Positions 27,008-40,240 of a stretch of 64,000 nt of DNA are shown in pieces. A model generated the notes under the pieces. That model was not told the origin of the DNA and did not search any database. It was given only the letters and a program-made list of their open reading frames with translations. Numbering within the stretch: the stretch's first letter is position 1; each line of letters starts with the position of its first letter. This stretch comes from the human T2T-CHM13v2.0 reference genome, Homo sapiens. Location of the stretch: the NCBI RefSeq assembly GCF_009914755.1, contig NC_060925.1, one strand, 5' to 3'. Both the position numbers and the translations under genes were made by a program.

Positions 27008-29866
27008 GTAAGATATCCTGTTTTTTTGTGGATGACTTACATCCCCAGATGCCCTCCTCTGCTTGGGTGTGTGCATGTTGGGGGGTACTGTTGGGAGGGC
27101 CACCTGGCTGGGGTCCAGTCATCTCTCTGTCCTCCATTGCCATTATTTTCTGAACCATCAAGCCTCTAGTCCTGAAGCAAGAGAGATAATGTGTGGGGGT
27201 CATTAGCGTCATCATCAAGAAAGGGACCCATTGCACATCCTCAGACATAGGGATAAAGGGACCCCCCAGCCAGAGCCCCACTTTCACTTTGAATAGAAGG
27301 GCAGTTATCCGGGTCTGACCTCAAGAGCCCCTGAAGACCACTCCCATAGAGGGAGTTTTGAGTGGTTTTTATAAATGGAAAAAGACTTGTGAGCAGTTTC
27401 CCTACAATGTCAGTCCATCATGCAATTTTTAAGAATTCATATAAAAGTCAAATTCAATTAAACAAACTTATTAAATGCCTACTATCGTGCAAGACCCTAA
27501 GCTGGGCATTGTAGAAGATAAAGAAACACTTCAGGAGCTATGGCCCTCAAGGACCTTACCATTTTAAGACAAGGTGTATTTACTGGAAAGACTTAGACAA
27601 GGGTAAAGGGAGTGCATGGTAGGCTATCTTTACATTACTTAAGAATTCAGTGCGTTATAGACTATGTTATGAAGGGTAGAGAGCAAAAAATACAGGAAAT
27701 CCAAAATGGTGCATAATCCAGAGTTCTGTTTATTACAAAGAGTGTTTTAAAAATAATAATAGCTTATAATTTACTAATCACCTTGACAGGTGTTTTTGGT
27801 GCTTGCCTTTTTAAAAACGAGTATGTCTGCTCTGAAAAGTCACTTTAAACCAATAAGGAGACCACCAGGGAAATGTCTGATTTGGGAAGTGGTGGCAATT
27901 TGCCTTCCCCGGGCATTTCGTACAGTTTCATTGTTGTCTATGTACTTTCTGGTTTGGGGGGAAATAGTTAAATGGTTTGGTTTCCAAATCTTCTTTGCTA
28001 GTTTGCGGATGACGTGATTAAAGAAAATAAGAAGGATGTGGGACCTGACAGGCAAATTGTGCCAAAGTGGATGATGTGGCAAGATACACACTTAGGAGAA
28101 TCATCAGGAGTTGATGACCCTGCTTGCTGTGGAGCGGGCTGGAAGCTTCTGCTGGTGTGGTGGGTCTATCTGGAGCCCAGCCAGCTTGGGCCCTGTGTCC
28201 CAGGGATGCTGTCATGCTGTTCCCTGGCAGGTCCTCACCCTGCAGTGGTGCAGGCCACAGGGCTCATCCGCAGAGAGTAGTCTCCACTTCACTTCCCACA
28301 GGTTTTCCTCCCTGCCACCCAAAGGCCCTTAGAATATGGCATACCTAGGTAGTTGGCCTAGAAAGGATAGCACCACTGAAACCACAAGAAAGGTTTTCAC
28401 TGGCCCGGGATACAGCAGTGCAGGGCAGAAAGAACTGCTTTACACAAAAATTCAGCAGAAGAAAAAGTACACCCTAACCCCAGTTACTCTTAGAAGAGGC
28501 TCAGTGAAAATAGACACTTAGCAGAGGTGTTCACAAGGAAAGGAGCCTAGTCATCAAATGATCGAGCGATCTCCTTTCCTCAGACTGACAACATATCTGG
28601 GGTAGTTGGTGTAGACAGAAACCTTGACCCAGATTCGAAGGCCTCAGAGTGGGTCTGGCTGCCTGATGACTGAGCTGGATTTCCAGATAGGGAGAGGATG
28701 GCCAAGTGTGAGTGTGTGGACAGCATGGCTTAGAGCCTGGAGCTCCAGTCATTTCAATAACAAACCTTTAAGCTACCACCTTGGCCACCACAATTTTCTA
28801 TCTACAAAATGGGTTTTGGCAATTCAAGATCTGTATTGAGCACAGCTAGGTACCAAACCCAGGCTAGGTGTTGAAAATACAAAGATGAATGAGGCATGCT
28901 CTCTGCCTTGCAAATCTTTACAACCTAATGGGTTTATACCCAGCTCTTTGAGTTAATTTTTCAAGCCAAAGAGGATCCCTACAAGAAGGACCATGTACCA
29001 GGCATATATAGGCAGCTGTTCCATGATCTATAGCAGGGCAAAGTTGTGGACAGAGCCCTGAGCTGTGGGTTAGAAGGCCTGAGTTCTAGCTCCAGCCCTG
29101 CTAGTATTTAGCTGTGTGACCTCAGGCACGGCACTGCATTACGCGGAGTCCTGCAGGCTTCATCTGTAGGTAGATATCCTTCCATGTACCACCTCCCTAG
29201 GTGGTTGTAAGGATTAAGTAAGCTGATGTTCATTGGGATCCTCGTGCTTCACTGGCACCGAGTTCCTATCCATTTGGTACGAACTGATTCTGAACCACCA
29301 CTTAGCACCTCTGCAAGAGCTGGCCCACTCGCTCAAGGCCCACCTCTGTAGACCTGAGGAGCTGCTGCCCCATTTTTTGTGGAGAATATGTGCTATACTC
29401 ATGGCCTTCAGTGGGGAGCTTCTAACACCAAGCCTCATCCATGCCATCCCTCCACCAGCTTCCAACCCACTGAGAGCTCAGCACGTGCTTACGGTGATGT
29501 AAAAATGTCATGTTTCATTGCTTCATCCTCATTTTTTCTTTACTCCAAAGGGCGTGGTGACTCCAAGGTAAAGGGGCCAAGCCCATGAGTCAAGGAGGCA
29601 GGTTTACAGGAACAACTTTATTTTTTTATGGCTAGCATTAGTCACTGATTAACTTGGGTGGGGCAGAGCTAGAATTTCTAGTTCCTGTCCCATCAAGAAA
29701 ACTACACTGGAAAGTTCAAGAGTGTCTTTGCTGGCTCTTTCTTGAATATTTCCAAAGCCTTGGAAGTTACAAGTTTTGGGTGTGGGATAAGGAAAAACTG
29801 AATGATAGAGCACAGGTACCGCTCCCCTTTCCTCATCATGCCTCTCTGTCGCCTCTTTGTTCATAG

Positions 29867-30194
29867 TTGACCACGGCATGTTTGAGAATTTGAACACAGC
29901 CCTCACTCCAAAGCTCCAGGCCAGCCGCTCCTTCCCCCACTTGTCCAAGCCCGTGGCCCCCGGCTCTGCCCCTCTGGGCTCTGGTGAGCCTGGGGGGCCA
30001 GGACTCTGGGTGGGCAGCAGCCAGCACCTCAAGAACCTGGGCAAAGCCATGGGGGCCAAAGTGAATGACTTCCTGAGGAGAAAGGAGCCCTCCAGCCTGG
30101 GCAGTGTGGGTGTGACAGAGATCAACAAGACTGCAGGAGCACAGCTGGCCAGTGGGACTGACGCGGCTCCAGAGGCTTGGCTAGAGGATGAAAG
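29867..30194 (+). CDS. C1orf226: C1orf226 coding exon (internal ATG at 29878 starts the 272-aa isoform)
   Basis: Acceptor tttgttcatag|; encodes (V)[28 protein letters not shown]...AWLEDE; donor aag|gtgagc. Confidence 0.93.
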
Positions 30195-30377
30195 GTGAGC
30201 CCCTCACCCGCCCAACATCCATGCCCCTCTGTGGACCCACTTGAAAAGGTACAGGGACAAACTGCAGTGTCTGCACAGGAGAACAGCCCCAAGGGAGGGG
30301 TGTGAGATTGTCCTGTACTGAAAAGCTGCAGGATCAGGCCACGTTCTCAGGAGCTGGCTTCACCTTCTGCAGCCACA

Positions 30378-30506
30378 GCTGAAGGTTGCTGAGTGCCCAC
30401 CATGTCCTCGGCTCTGTGCTGCTGAAGGTTGCTGAGTGCCCACCATGTCCTCGGCTCTGTGCTGCTGAAGGTTGCTGAGTGCACACCATGTCCTCAGCTC
30501 TGTGCT
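30378..30506. repeat. Tandem repeat, 43-bp unit x3
   Basis: Unit gctgaaggttgctgagtgcccaccatgtcctcggctctgtgct at 30378, 30421 and 30464; the third copy has 2 substitutions. Confidence 0.95.
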
Positions 30507-31200
30507 GCAGGCTATAGTTGCACCATTTTGTCTAACCCTCCCAGCAGCCCTGGGAGGTAGATGATATTTCCATCCTGCAGATAACTCACGTTCAGACAGA
30601 CAAAGTAAATAGCTTGAGGTCACAAAGATAGTACTTGACAGAGCTGGATTTGAACCCAGCTATTGCCCAGAAGGTCCCCAGGTAGATTCTGATGCCCGGC
30701 CATAGCTGAGAACCGCTGCCGTAGACTGTTGCTTGTGGAGAAGCCTGCACCTGTCACAGCCCACTAGGGCACAGTGGGAGAAGCCCCCTGTAGGAGCCCT
30801 CCTGTTCTTCCCCCTCCTACCAACAGGCTCTTTCCAGGCCTTGTTTTAAACACCTGTGCATCTGAGGTGGGAATGCCCTCACATTCCCTGTTTTAAACAC
30901 AGGACTTACTGCCTGGGTTCTGATTTGACAAGCTTCACCAGCGGTCTCTATCCTGTCTTCTAGAGGCCAGCACTTTGTGCTGCTCTGAACACTGAGTAAG
31001 CATGGACCAGGCCAAAAGCTACTGTTATGCTGAAATTGCTAAGGCCTATGTGCCAAACCAAGAACCAGAGCCCAAGGAGTAGAGCAGTTATTGGGTGGGG
31101 TGGGTTGAAAGTGCAGTTGGAGTTGGAGAAGCAAGATGGCAGGTGGATTGGTGTCTTGCTGTCCTTAAGACATGTGTGTTTATTGTCATTAACCTTACAG

Positions 31201-31702
31201 GTCAGTCCTGCAAGAAACATTTCCTCGGCTGGATCCTCCACCTCCCATAACCAGAAAGCGAACCCCTCGGGCCCTGAAGACCACCCAGGACATGCTGATT
31301 TCATCACAGCCTGTCCTCAGCAGTCTGGAGTATGGGACAGAGCCATCACCTGGGCAGGCCCAGGACTCCGCTCCCACTGCCCAGCCTGACGTCCCAGCAG
31401 ACGCTTCACAGCCAGAGGCCACCATGGAAAGAGAAGAGAGAGGCAAAGTTCTGCCCAATGGAGAGGTTTCCCTGTCAGTACCTGACCTAATCCACAAGGA
31501 TAGCCAGGACGAATCCAAGCTAAAGATGACTGAGTGCAGAAGGGCCTCCTCCCCCAGCCTTATCGAGAGGAATGGCTTCAAACTCAGCTTGAGCCCCATC
31601 AGCCTGGCTGAGTCCTGGGAGGATGGCAGCCCCCCTCCTCAGGCACGGACCTCCAGCCTCGACAATGAGGGCCCTCACCCAGACCTGCTGTCCTTTGAAT
31701 AG
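31201..31702 (+). CDS. C1orf226: C1orf226 last coding exon
   Basis: Acceptor ccttacag|; encodes (R)[37 protein letters not shown]...HPDLLSFE*. 317+502 = 819 nt = 272 aa. Confidence 0.94.
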
Positions 31703-34700
31703 AGCCTCTGCTCTTTCCTGCTGAGCTCTGCCCTTGTCTTCCTGCTGCTTTCTCCTCCACTGCGCACACTGGCCCTGGCCTCAACTCCGCTGTGCCCTTT
31801 GTCTTCCTTGTATGAGGCACCAGCAGAGAGCCAGTCGTCCATCATGGGATTTTGCAGGACTGGAAGTCCTTGAGTAGTTCTAGTTAAAGAGTCTATCCGC
31901 AGAATGGCTGAAGGACTTGATGCCGTTTTGAGCCTAATTTTCTGTAACCTCCTCTGAGTGGGCTGCAGCCCTTGGACATTAGAGCTCTTCCACTCTTGAG
32001 CTTGTCCTGTCTTCTCAGTGAATTGCAGGGCCACCAGCTCAGGACAATGGATCTTACAGGAATTCTTTTTGCCTGTCCCCTACATGCGCCTCCTCCCCTG
32101 CTGTTCTCCCTCCCACACCCCTGTCCCTTCTCTCTCCTCCTTGATGGGTCCGATGCCCCTGGCCTCAGCGGGAGGAAGGCTGGATGAGGAATGATGTGTT
32201 TGGCTTGATGACAGGCCATGGCCTAGAAAGCCACACACCCTGACCACAGCCCAGCCATAGCTCCTCTTGGTCCCAGGACAGTGCAGGCCCCTGGTTGCCA
32301 TGTTTGCTCTGCCCCTGGGGTGGAGGCCAGAGGAGATGCTTACCAGGCCTGAGACCTTGAGAGTTCACCCAGGGTTTGAACGCTGCCACCCAGGGTTCCC
32401 AAGGTTTCTCCCATCTGGTCAGATTTCGAAAAATGTGGGCATTCTGCACGGAAGGAAAGATCAGGCTTCTCTTGCTGAGTGTGTGAAGACAGGGAGAGCC
32501 AGGCCCCAGCAGATGCGGCCTAGCACACTCTGATTTGGTTTTGTGGGGAGGGCCCAGGAACTTGGGGGTGGTCTTGGCATTCAGAGCTGGTGCTAAAAAC
32601 CCAGAGCAGAAGCAGGGAGAAGGGAGTGAGGATGGGACAGAGAAGAGCGACCACTGGGGATCAGAACAGCTTTTCAGGGGCCACCTTGCAGCCTAAAATA
32701 ATGCCGTTTCAGGGCCTGGGCCTGCTGTGAGAGCCAGAATGAAGCATGTGCAAGATTGGAATGTGAGAAGAACTGTGGGGGGAAACCAGTTTTAATTAAG
32801 TGGAAGTGCTTTGTGCTTGTGCTGAAGTTGCCTGGGCCTCCTGCAGCTCTGGACCTCACTGGAGCGGCCCCGCCCTGCCCTTGCCTGCCTTTCTTTTATG
32901 CTGATGCTGGTGGGCTTTTTCCTGCTTCAGGATCCATGTAAGGGACTGACCAGGTTCATCCAGCCTTAACTGGTTCCTGCAACCCACTTTTAGGTCTCCC
33001 ACCAGGGGCCTATTGTGCTGTCTTCCTCTGACCAGCAGATCCTGTAAGGGGGTGATCCTAATTCTGGGGCTCTTTGCAGCAAGAGGAGAACGTTCTTTTT
33101 CTTGAACAAGGTGGCCGGTTCCCTGGGAGAAGGCTGGGAATGGCACGTCCGGCCAGGGCAGGCGGTGCGGCATCCTCCTCCTGGGATTCCTGTGGCCTCC
33201 CCTGTTCTATTCATTGTTTGGCTTCCCACCCATAAGCTCTGGGATACCCAGGGCTTGCTTCCCAGCTCTTCTCATCTCCAAGCCTCTGCTCCCCTTCCCA
33301 CCACCACTGCCATATAAAATGGCCATGCTAACTCCTACACAACTAGGAGCCTCAGCAGGATTGCTAGGATGTGGGTTCCTTCCTGCATGCTTGCTTCTGC
33401 AGCTGTGTGGCCTTGCCATGGCCCTCCCACCACTTTCCCTTCTACCTTGCCTTCCATTGTCTTCCTTCTCCCAGAAAGCCAGGTTTCACCACGTGCTCAC
33501 CACAAACTGTCTCCCCTCCCTCGTAGGAGTCACTGCAGTAGGGCACCTGCAGGCCCTGGTAGAGTGAGCAGGGCTTACGTGTACATTCTTTCTCACTCTA
33601 AGGATGTGATATCTGACCCTGATGTCAGAGAGGAGGTCTCAGGACTAGCATTCGGGGTCCTTTGAGTGTTCCCAGAATGGTTTGGGGTATCACACAAAAC
33701 ACCAGAGCTGAGGATAGGGATAGAGTCCCCAAACACACATCCTGGGAGCAAGCCACTTCATCTGAGCTTCCCATACCAGGAGCATGGTTTGTGCTTTGAT
33801 GGGAAACCTAGCAAGCCCCTGCACTCTGGGGCTTCTCCTCTCCTGGAGCCCAGGGCGGCTCTGGCCCGATGATATGGCAGCCATAGGTACAGGTATTGCA
33901 GGTGCAGCCTTTCTTAAGTACCCTGCCTCCACTCTATAGCCCAGCTGCTGCTGGAGTCCAGGACCTTAGACCCAGGATGAGCAAAAGGATCCCACCAGGT
34001 TGTCCAGGACCATTGCCAGGGTGACCCCAGAGTTCTTCAGACCTGTGTCTGATACTGAATACAGTGCCATGGGACCCTGCTCCAATCTAACTGCCTACAA
34101 CCTGCCCGTCCCCCTGCTGCAGGGATGTTGCTGCTACCTCGGGAGGCTCTCTGAGACTGGTGTCTGGTCTTAGATGCTGCACATAGTACCTGGTGCTAGG
34201 GTCTAGGGGCTGCCCAAAGCCCAGCAGGAACAGCTACTACTCATCCTGCAGAGGCCTTGGCCCAGACCAGCTTTCCATCCAAAGCCTCACCTGGTTTCCA
34301 TGTCCATCTCAACAGTCTGGCCTTCCTGTGACTGTAGCCTGGCAGCCACACCCTCAGTAATCCCGCACAGTGAGTCCAGCTTCTCTGGGAGCTTGGCCTT
34401 CAGTTAGCCCAGTCCATGAGAGGGCAGGGTAATGAGGAGGAGTAAAGGACCTATCTTCTCTGTCCACATAAGGAAGTTGGGACCACAAGGTCTTTTATCT
34501 CCTTGTTACTCCCCAACCCCACCATAACCTCCTACTCAGCACACAGCTTTATCCTGGTAGATTATAAGGTGAGCTTCCAGAACCTGGCAGGAGGCTGGTG
34601 TATCCCCCTGCACAGAGGGAAGTGTATCTGAATGTTGTGTATGTGGCTGATATGGAAGACATACATGTATGCAATCCATCAGCGTTTAAAGAAGAAGATT

Positions 34701-34807
34701 GGCTCCAGTTCGGAGGAGGAGGAGGAAGATTACAGATCTATTCTGAGTATTTTTTAGAGAGTTAATATTTATATTTTTAGTAATTTTCTGGTAGAAGGAA
34801 ATTGCAC

Positions 34808-34813
34808 AATAAA
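34808..34813 (+). terminator. C1orf226: C1orf226 polyadenylation signal AATAAA
   Basis: AATAAA followed by the GU-rich element ggtttggtttgctggctttgtctgttttt, ~3.1 kb after the stop codon. Confidence 0.75.
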
Positions 34814-37800
34814 ATGATTTGGTTTGGTTTGCTGGCTTTGTCTGTTTTTCCTCCTGACTGATGGGGAGCAGTTGGTTTCCTCAAGGCTGACTTGTTGGCT
34901 GAAGTATGTTGGCATTTTCCTTTGTAAGCCTGGAAAAGTGAGAAATGAGGGAGGTAGAATGTGAGGAAGATGGGCATTACCGACACCTCCAGCCTGAACC
35001 CTTGGCGGGGAAATGACTTCTGAGGATGTGCCATCATTGGCTCCCCTGGCTGGCTGGCTGTGAGGGGGTACCTCTGCCAACCCGACCTATCACTGTTTCA
35101 GGATGTGCCATCATGATGTGCACAGGCACGACCCTCCTTGGGAGGAAGTGGGGATAAGCGGACATGGCCTTTGGATCATCCTCTAGGACACTCATTCTTT
35201 ACCTGGGTCCAAAGCCCTCTTCCACCAAGAAAGGGATGAAGCTTCACATTCATGTATGCACGTTCTTCCATAGAGGAACCAGAGCTTCTATCAGCCTCTC
35301 AAAGAGAGTCATCAATATATGTCAGTGATTTGGACTTAGGTACTTCCTGGGAGATTGCCCCCAAGGGCCCCCCATGGACAGGGACATTCTTATTGCTCAC
35401 CTGCGGAGAGAAGGTGGCTCAGAGAAGAGCTGGCCTGGAGTCCCTTTGCCCCTTTGCTGCCCCTGGGCCAGTGTCAGATCCAAGGATCCAGAGGACCCAC
35501 ACAGCTGAGAATTGGCCAGGCCTTTATCCTCCTTAAAAGGAAGGAAATGGGGGAAAAACAGGAAAGGAAAGGGGCGTTCAGTCTGTTCACAGAAGCCACG
35601 CACATTTCCAAAGGGAAACATGGGGCCTTTCTGCGCAGCCCTCTCACGTGCAGATGTGACTATGCCTGGGGTTGGATTCCACAGTTCCGCATGCAGGGGC
35701 TCCCTGGCTCCATGTCAGAGGCGTCTCAGGCTTGAGGCTAAGTCCCTAACGTTTTCTGCATTTTTTTCCACTCCCACACTTTGTTTCTCAGCAGAGGGGC
35801 AAGAAAAGAACAGCTGTGATCTCAAAGGTTGCTCGCTGTCTCTGCAGTGGGCTGCGGCGTTATCGTCCAGGGAAAGCAGGAAAAACACAAAAACCAATCC
35901 TCCATGTTTTGGGAAAAGGCATTGAAAATGCTTACGATAGCAACTTTTTTCTTTATAAGTATGCTGCGGTGACTCCAGACAACCTCTCCCATTGAATGGC
36001 TTCGGTATCTTGCTGCAGTCGTTCAGGTGTGAAACGTGCTTTTAACATGCCTTTCCCGCTATTATGTGAAGTCGTTATTTTTGTCTAAGATCAAGTATAA
36101 ACAGTTCTAGTGTAAAAAAATTTTTAAGGGAATTTTAAGTGTGAAAACGGAAGTGCAGATGTCATGTTTTTTAATGCTGTGCTCTACGCTGAGTCACTGT
36201 TCTAGAATCTGGGGGACAAAGATGCATTTATTCAGACAATATATCCAAGCCCCTTCCTGCCATGCACTAAGTGCTATCTAGGGGACTGTGGTGACGTTGG
36301 TGGAAAAGTGACACGCGGTCCTCTTTCTCCATTCTGAATGGATGGGAGTGCCATCATACCTGCCCTCCCGGGCGCTATGCTAACAGGGTATGTGATCAGG
36401 ATGTGAAATGCAGTGGAAGCACCAAAGTGGGGCTCAGGGTGAGGCAGTTAATTTCAGCCGAGAGAGTGCTCATTTCCTCTGGACTAAATCTGCCATTAGT
36501 AGTTGCTGAAGGAAACACACTCAGGGGCCATCAGGAGACCCACCTCATTCCTTAGGTCTGTGCCTATGCTGGCAGGGACCCCAGTTGGTATTCAGAATTT
36601 TTATGAAATTAGCCGACCCGGAAATGTACTCAGATGCTACCCTAATCTCAGAAAATTCCTGCTGGGTCAGTTTAATCTGCTCTCACATTTCACAATGCCT
36701 TTGAGGTCAGTGAATCCTGGGAGTGTTCTAGAACTCTCTGTGCTTGGACTCCCTGTCCTCCTCTCTCTGCTGCCCTCCCCACACTGCGGAGTTTCTCAGG
36801 CCAGCCTAGCTGTGGTGGCAAACTCAGTGATGGTTTGTCTGAGACTTTGGCCCTCAGAGTGCCCCGGGCTTCAGTCGCTCAGTTCGCCGCCCTGCTTTGG
36901 GACATTCAGCCTGGAGCCTCCCACTGTGGCCTCTCTGTTAGTGGGAACAAGTAATTAAGTCCATATAGCCCTTGTAGAGAGACTCCTACCTCCCCCTTGG
37001 AAAGCTTCACCAGTGCAGATGGCATTTAATACCTTTCGTCTCTCCCAAGGAAATCTACTCTGGAAGCTTTAAGTTGTCCAGTGAAAGCATCTTCAAGTAC
37101 ATCTCCCCTCCAGGACGCCCCCTCCCTGCTACTGTTTGCACTGGGGGCACAGGAGGAAAGCCCAGAGTCCCCACCACTGACTTCCTCCTAATGAGAAAAT
37201 TCCTCCACTTTCTGTATCTAGGGACCAGCTCTCCTGAGACACAAATCCTCTTTGTGTCCAGCTTATCTCCAGCTGCTGCCATGATAAATAGTCCAGCCCA
37301 AGGGAGCCTGGGGAAGCTACCCCACAAAACGAATCACTTGGCTATTAACAACACAGACGAGGAAGCAAGCTTGAGGAAATATTTAAGGACCACCTCAGAC
37401 TCCAGACTGTATTCTCCTTCGTGCAAGTTGCCTGAGGAGTCTGTTGGTTATATAGAGCAGGGAACATTGCCAGTGTGTTCTTTGGAATTGACCAAAACAA
37501 AACAAAAAACCCCAAACAAAAAGCAACCTTCCGACAAACCGCAACATTTTTTTTTTACTGTTTAACCAGCCAGCTGTTTCCAGTGCCATCTGCTTAGCTA
37601 CCTATTTCCTGAATCATCGCTCCATGTCTGCCGCCACCTGCTTTCTAGGCTTGCGTTTATTGGGAAATTCTTGTTGGCTTGGTCTGATGTTCAAGCACAT
37701 CCCAGTGTTCAGCCCACTTCGGGGGCTCACTCACAGCAACTTAGAACAATTCCCTGTGGTTGTCACAGGAGTGCTTTGGGTTGGTCCAGGCCTTCATGGG

Positions 37801-40192
37801 GCAAGCCAAAGGGGCAGGAGAAAAGTGAACTGTCTGCCCTGGGAACGGTTTGCAGCTTCAGCAAGATGCATGCCCCCCACTTTATCCTGAGCCTGCAATG
37901 GATGGATCCCCCTTGCTGGATAGGAAAGCTCAAGACAAGCGGGGACTGCCCCTGTTGTTTTGCCTTCCCATAATCTCCTGGTACTTGGTAAATTCTGTTG
38001 CAGCCAGCCTCCCTTGTTCAGCTTAAATCCTGGGTCCTATGTGTCAGGAAGTCTTTGCAGCTGACCTGGCAAGTAGTCTTTAGACCTGGCCAATGTGTGA
38101 CATTTCTAGGAACTGGGCCTCCCGGAGAGGCTGTGTAAGCCATCTAGGAAGCGATTTCACGTGTAAGAAAGCTAGAGGGGGAGGTGGGGGTGGCAGTCTT
38201 GTCCATGCCTCTCCCTACCCCACCCCCTTAATTATCAGTCATCGACTGTGTAGGTGGCACATGCTGTGACCTGGCCAGGAGGCTTGCTAAGACGCATGTG
38301 GGAGAGGTGTCAGGTGGGTTCTCCGCACTCTGGATTATTTGTGGCCGGCCTGCCTGCCTCGCTGGCGGCGACTGCCACTGCTGCCTCTGTGCTGTACTTC
38401 CCTCAGAGCCCCAGCCTGCTCCGAATTGCTTCCATGCCTGTGTTTAAGATGGTCCATCTGCCCGGGTCACGTTTCTACCTTCCTGTCCCTTTCCTCTGAC
38501 TTCACTAGGCTATGTTAATTCATCTTTCACATTTCCACTCAGGCATCCCTTCCTCCAGGTGGCTTCCCGGACACCACCCCACCCCTTCTCTGCGTTCCCG
38601 TAGCATCCTATGTGTTCCTCCATCACGGTACTCTCCATGTGTCATAGAAAGTCGTTTCATCCTCATGCTTCTCTCCCCCAGGTCTCTGAGCTCAGGGGCA
38701 GGGACCATGCCATCTTCATCCCTGACTCCTCGGTTCCCAGCACAGTGTCTGGCATATTGCAGGAGCTCGATAAAGATGCACTTTGAATGGAACTAAACTC
38801 AGGAAACCTGCAGTTGAATTTGTGTGGAACAGACTAGACAGGCTCTGGGGTAGACCAGCAGGACTCTTTCAGCCCCTCTTCCTCAGGATCTCTATCCGCA
38901 GGCAGCCTCTGTACATGATCATCAACTCCACAGAGAAGGATTGAGGGTGGCCATTTTCGAAGTGGAAAGTGATTAATGGGCCAATGTGAAGCTCATTTAT
39001 CTGCAGCCGGAGCCTTCATTAACTCTGTTCCTTGGACAGATGCCACCTTGCCACGGAGCTGGTAGAAGCAAGCACTTATATCCAGCATAATGCAAGAAGG
39101 GCTGTGCTTCAGTGCCAGGCACCTGCCTACCTCTGGGAGCTGCCTACAGGGCTCTGAGTTCCAATTCTTAACATTCTACTTCACTGTGTTAGGCTTGACT
39201 GTTAATTGGTGCTTTATCATTCTCTGAAGCTTCTATATACTCCAGGAATTGTGTTAATCAATTTATACACATGGTCTCATTTGTTTTTCTCATAGCCCTC
39301 CAAGGGAGGTCTTACTAAGCCCATTTTCCAGATACGGATGTTATTCTATTGTGCTTAAAGAGATTCACACACAAGATCTCATGAATCCTATCTTGTGAGG
39401 GAGGTATTTCAGCCCCATGTTAGGAAGAGGTAAACTGAGACTGAGATGATGTCTAAGCCAATTCCCTGGGTCTTACAACTGAGAGGCAGAACTCTCTGGG
39501 AAGACCTAAGTCTTCAGGCCTGAGGAACAGCCACCCTCCCCTACTTCTCTATCTCCATCGCGCCAGTCTGATAAATAATTCCAGGAAACGTTCATGGCTC
39601 AGAAACATCTTTTTGAGTTAGATCTTCTCCAAGGAGTAATACAGTTTCATTAAACACTGCATATTCACATGGGATGGGAATTTAAAGACCCATTCCACAG
39701 TCCCCTCATTTTACAAAAGAGGAAACAACAAAGACTGCATTGTTAACATGTTAACCTGGGCTGGCGTCATCTCAGTGAAGCTCCACAGTAACTTTATGTG
39801 GTAAGTCATTATCCTCATTTTCTAGATGAAGCTGACCAGAGGCTTAGGGAGTCTTAGCAATTTGCCCATAGTCACTCTACCAGTAAGTGACAGAGCTAAC
39901 AATAGTACCTCCTGAAAACATTCGTTCTTAAGGGTGTCGGTAAGAGCCTTCTCTGAATTGCAAGAATTTCGCCCTGCAGTAGGAGTGGCAAGAGCACCTA
40001 TTACATCTCACATTGCAAACTCAGGGAAGCCTGGCTTAGAAACTAATCCTGTTATCGACACTGGAGATTAAGCATTCAATGGGGAAGTGAGTACTGTTTG
40101 GAGAATACTTGCTAAAGAAATATTTCAGGTCTAATAGCTACCATGGTACTCAGCAGTGCTTTACAAAAAAAGAGAGAGAGAAAGAAAAAGAA

Positions 40193-40240
40193 GGAAGGAA
40201 GGAAGGAAGGAAGGAAGGAAGGAAGGAAGGAAGGAAGGAA
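40193..40240 (+). repeat. (GGAA)12 microsatellite within a purine tract
   Basis: 12 uninterrupted GGAA units, counted directly. Confidence 0.97.

Noticed and set aside
30378-30506. Possible CRISPR-like array
   Set aside because: The units are contiguous with no unique spacers, and this is vertebrate DNA with no cas genes; it is a minisatellite.
36503-37565. 151-aa and 163-aa intergenic ORFs
   Set aside because: Non-ATG starts, no recognisable homology and no consistent exon structure.
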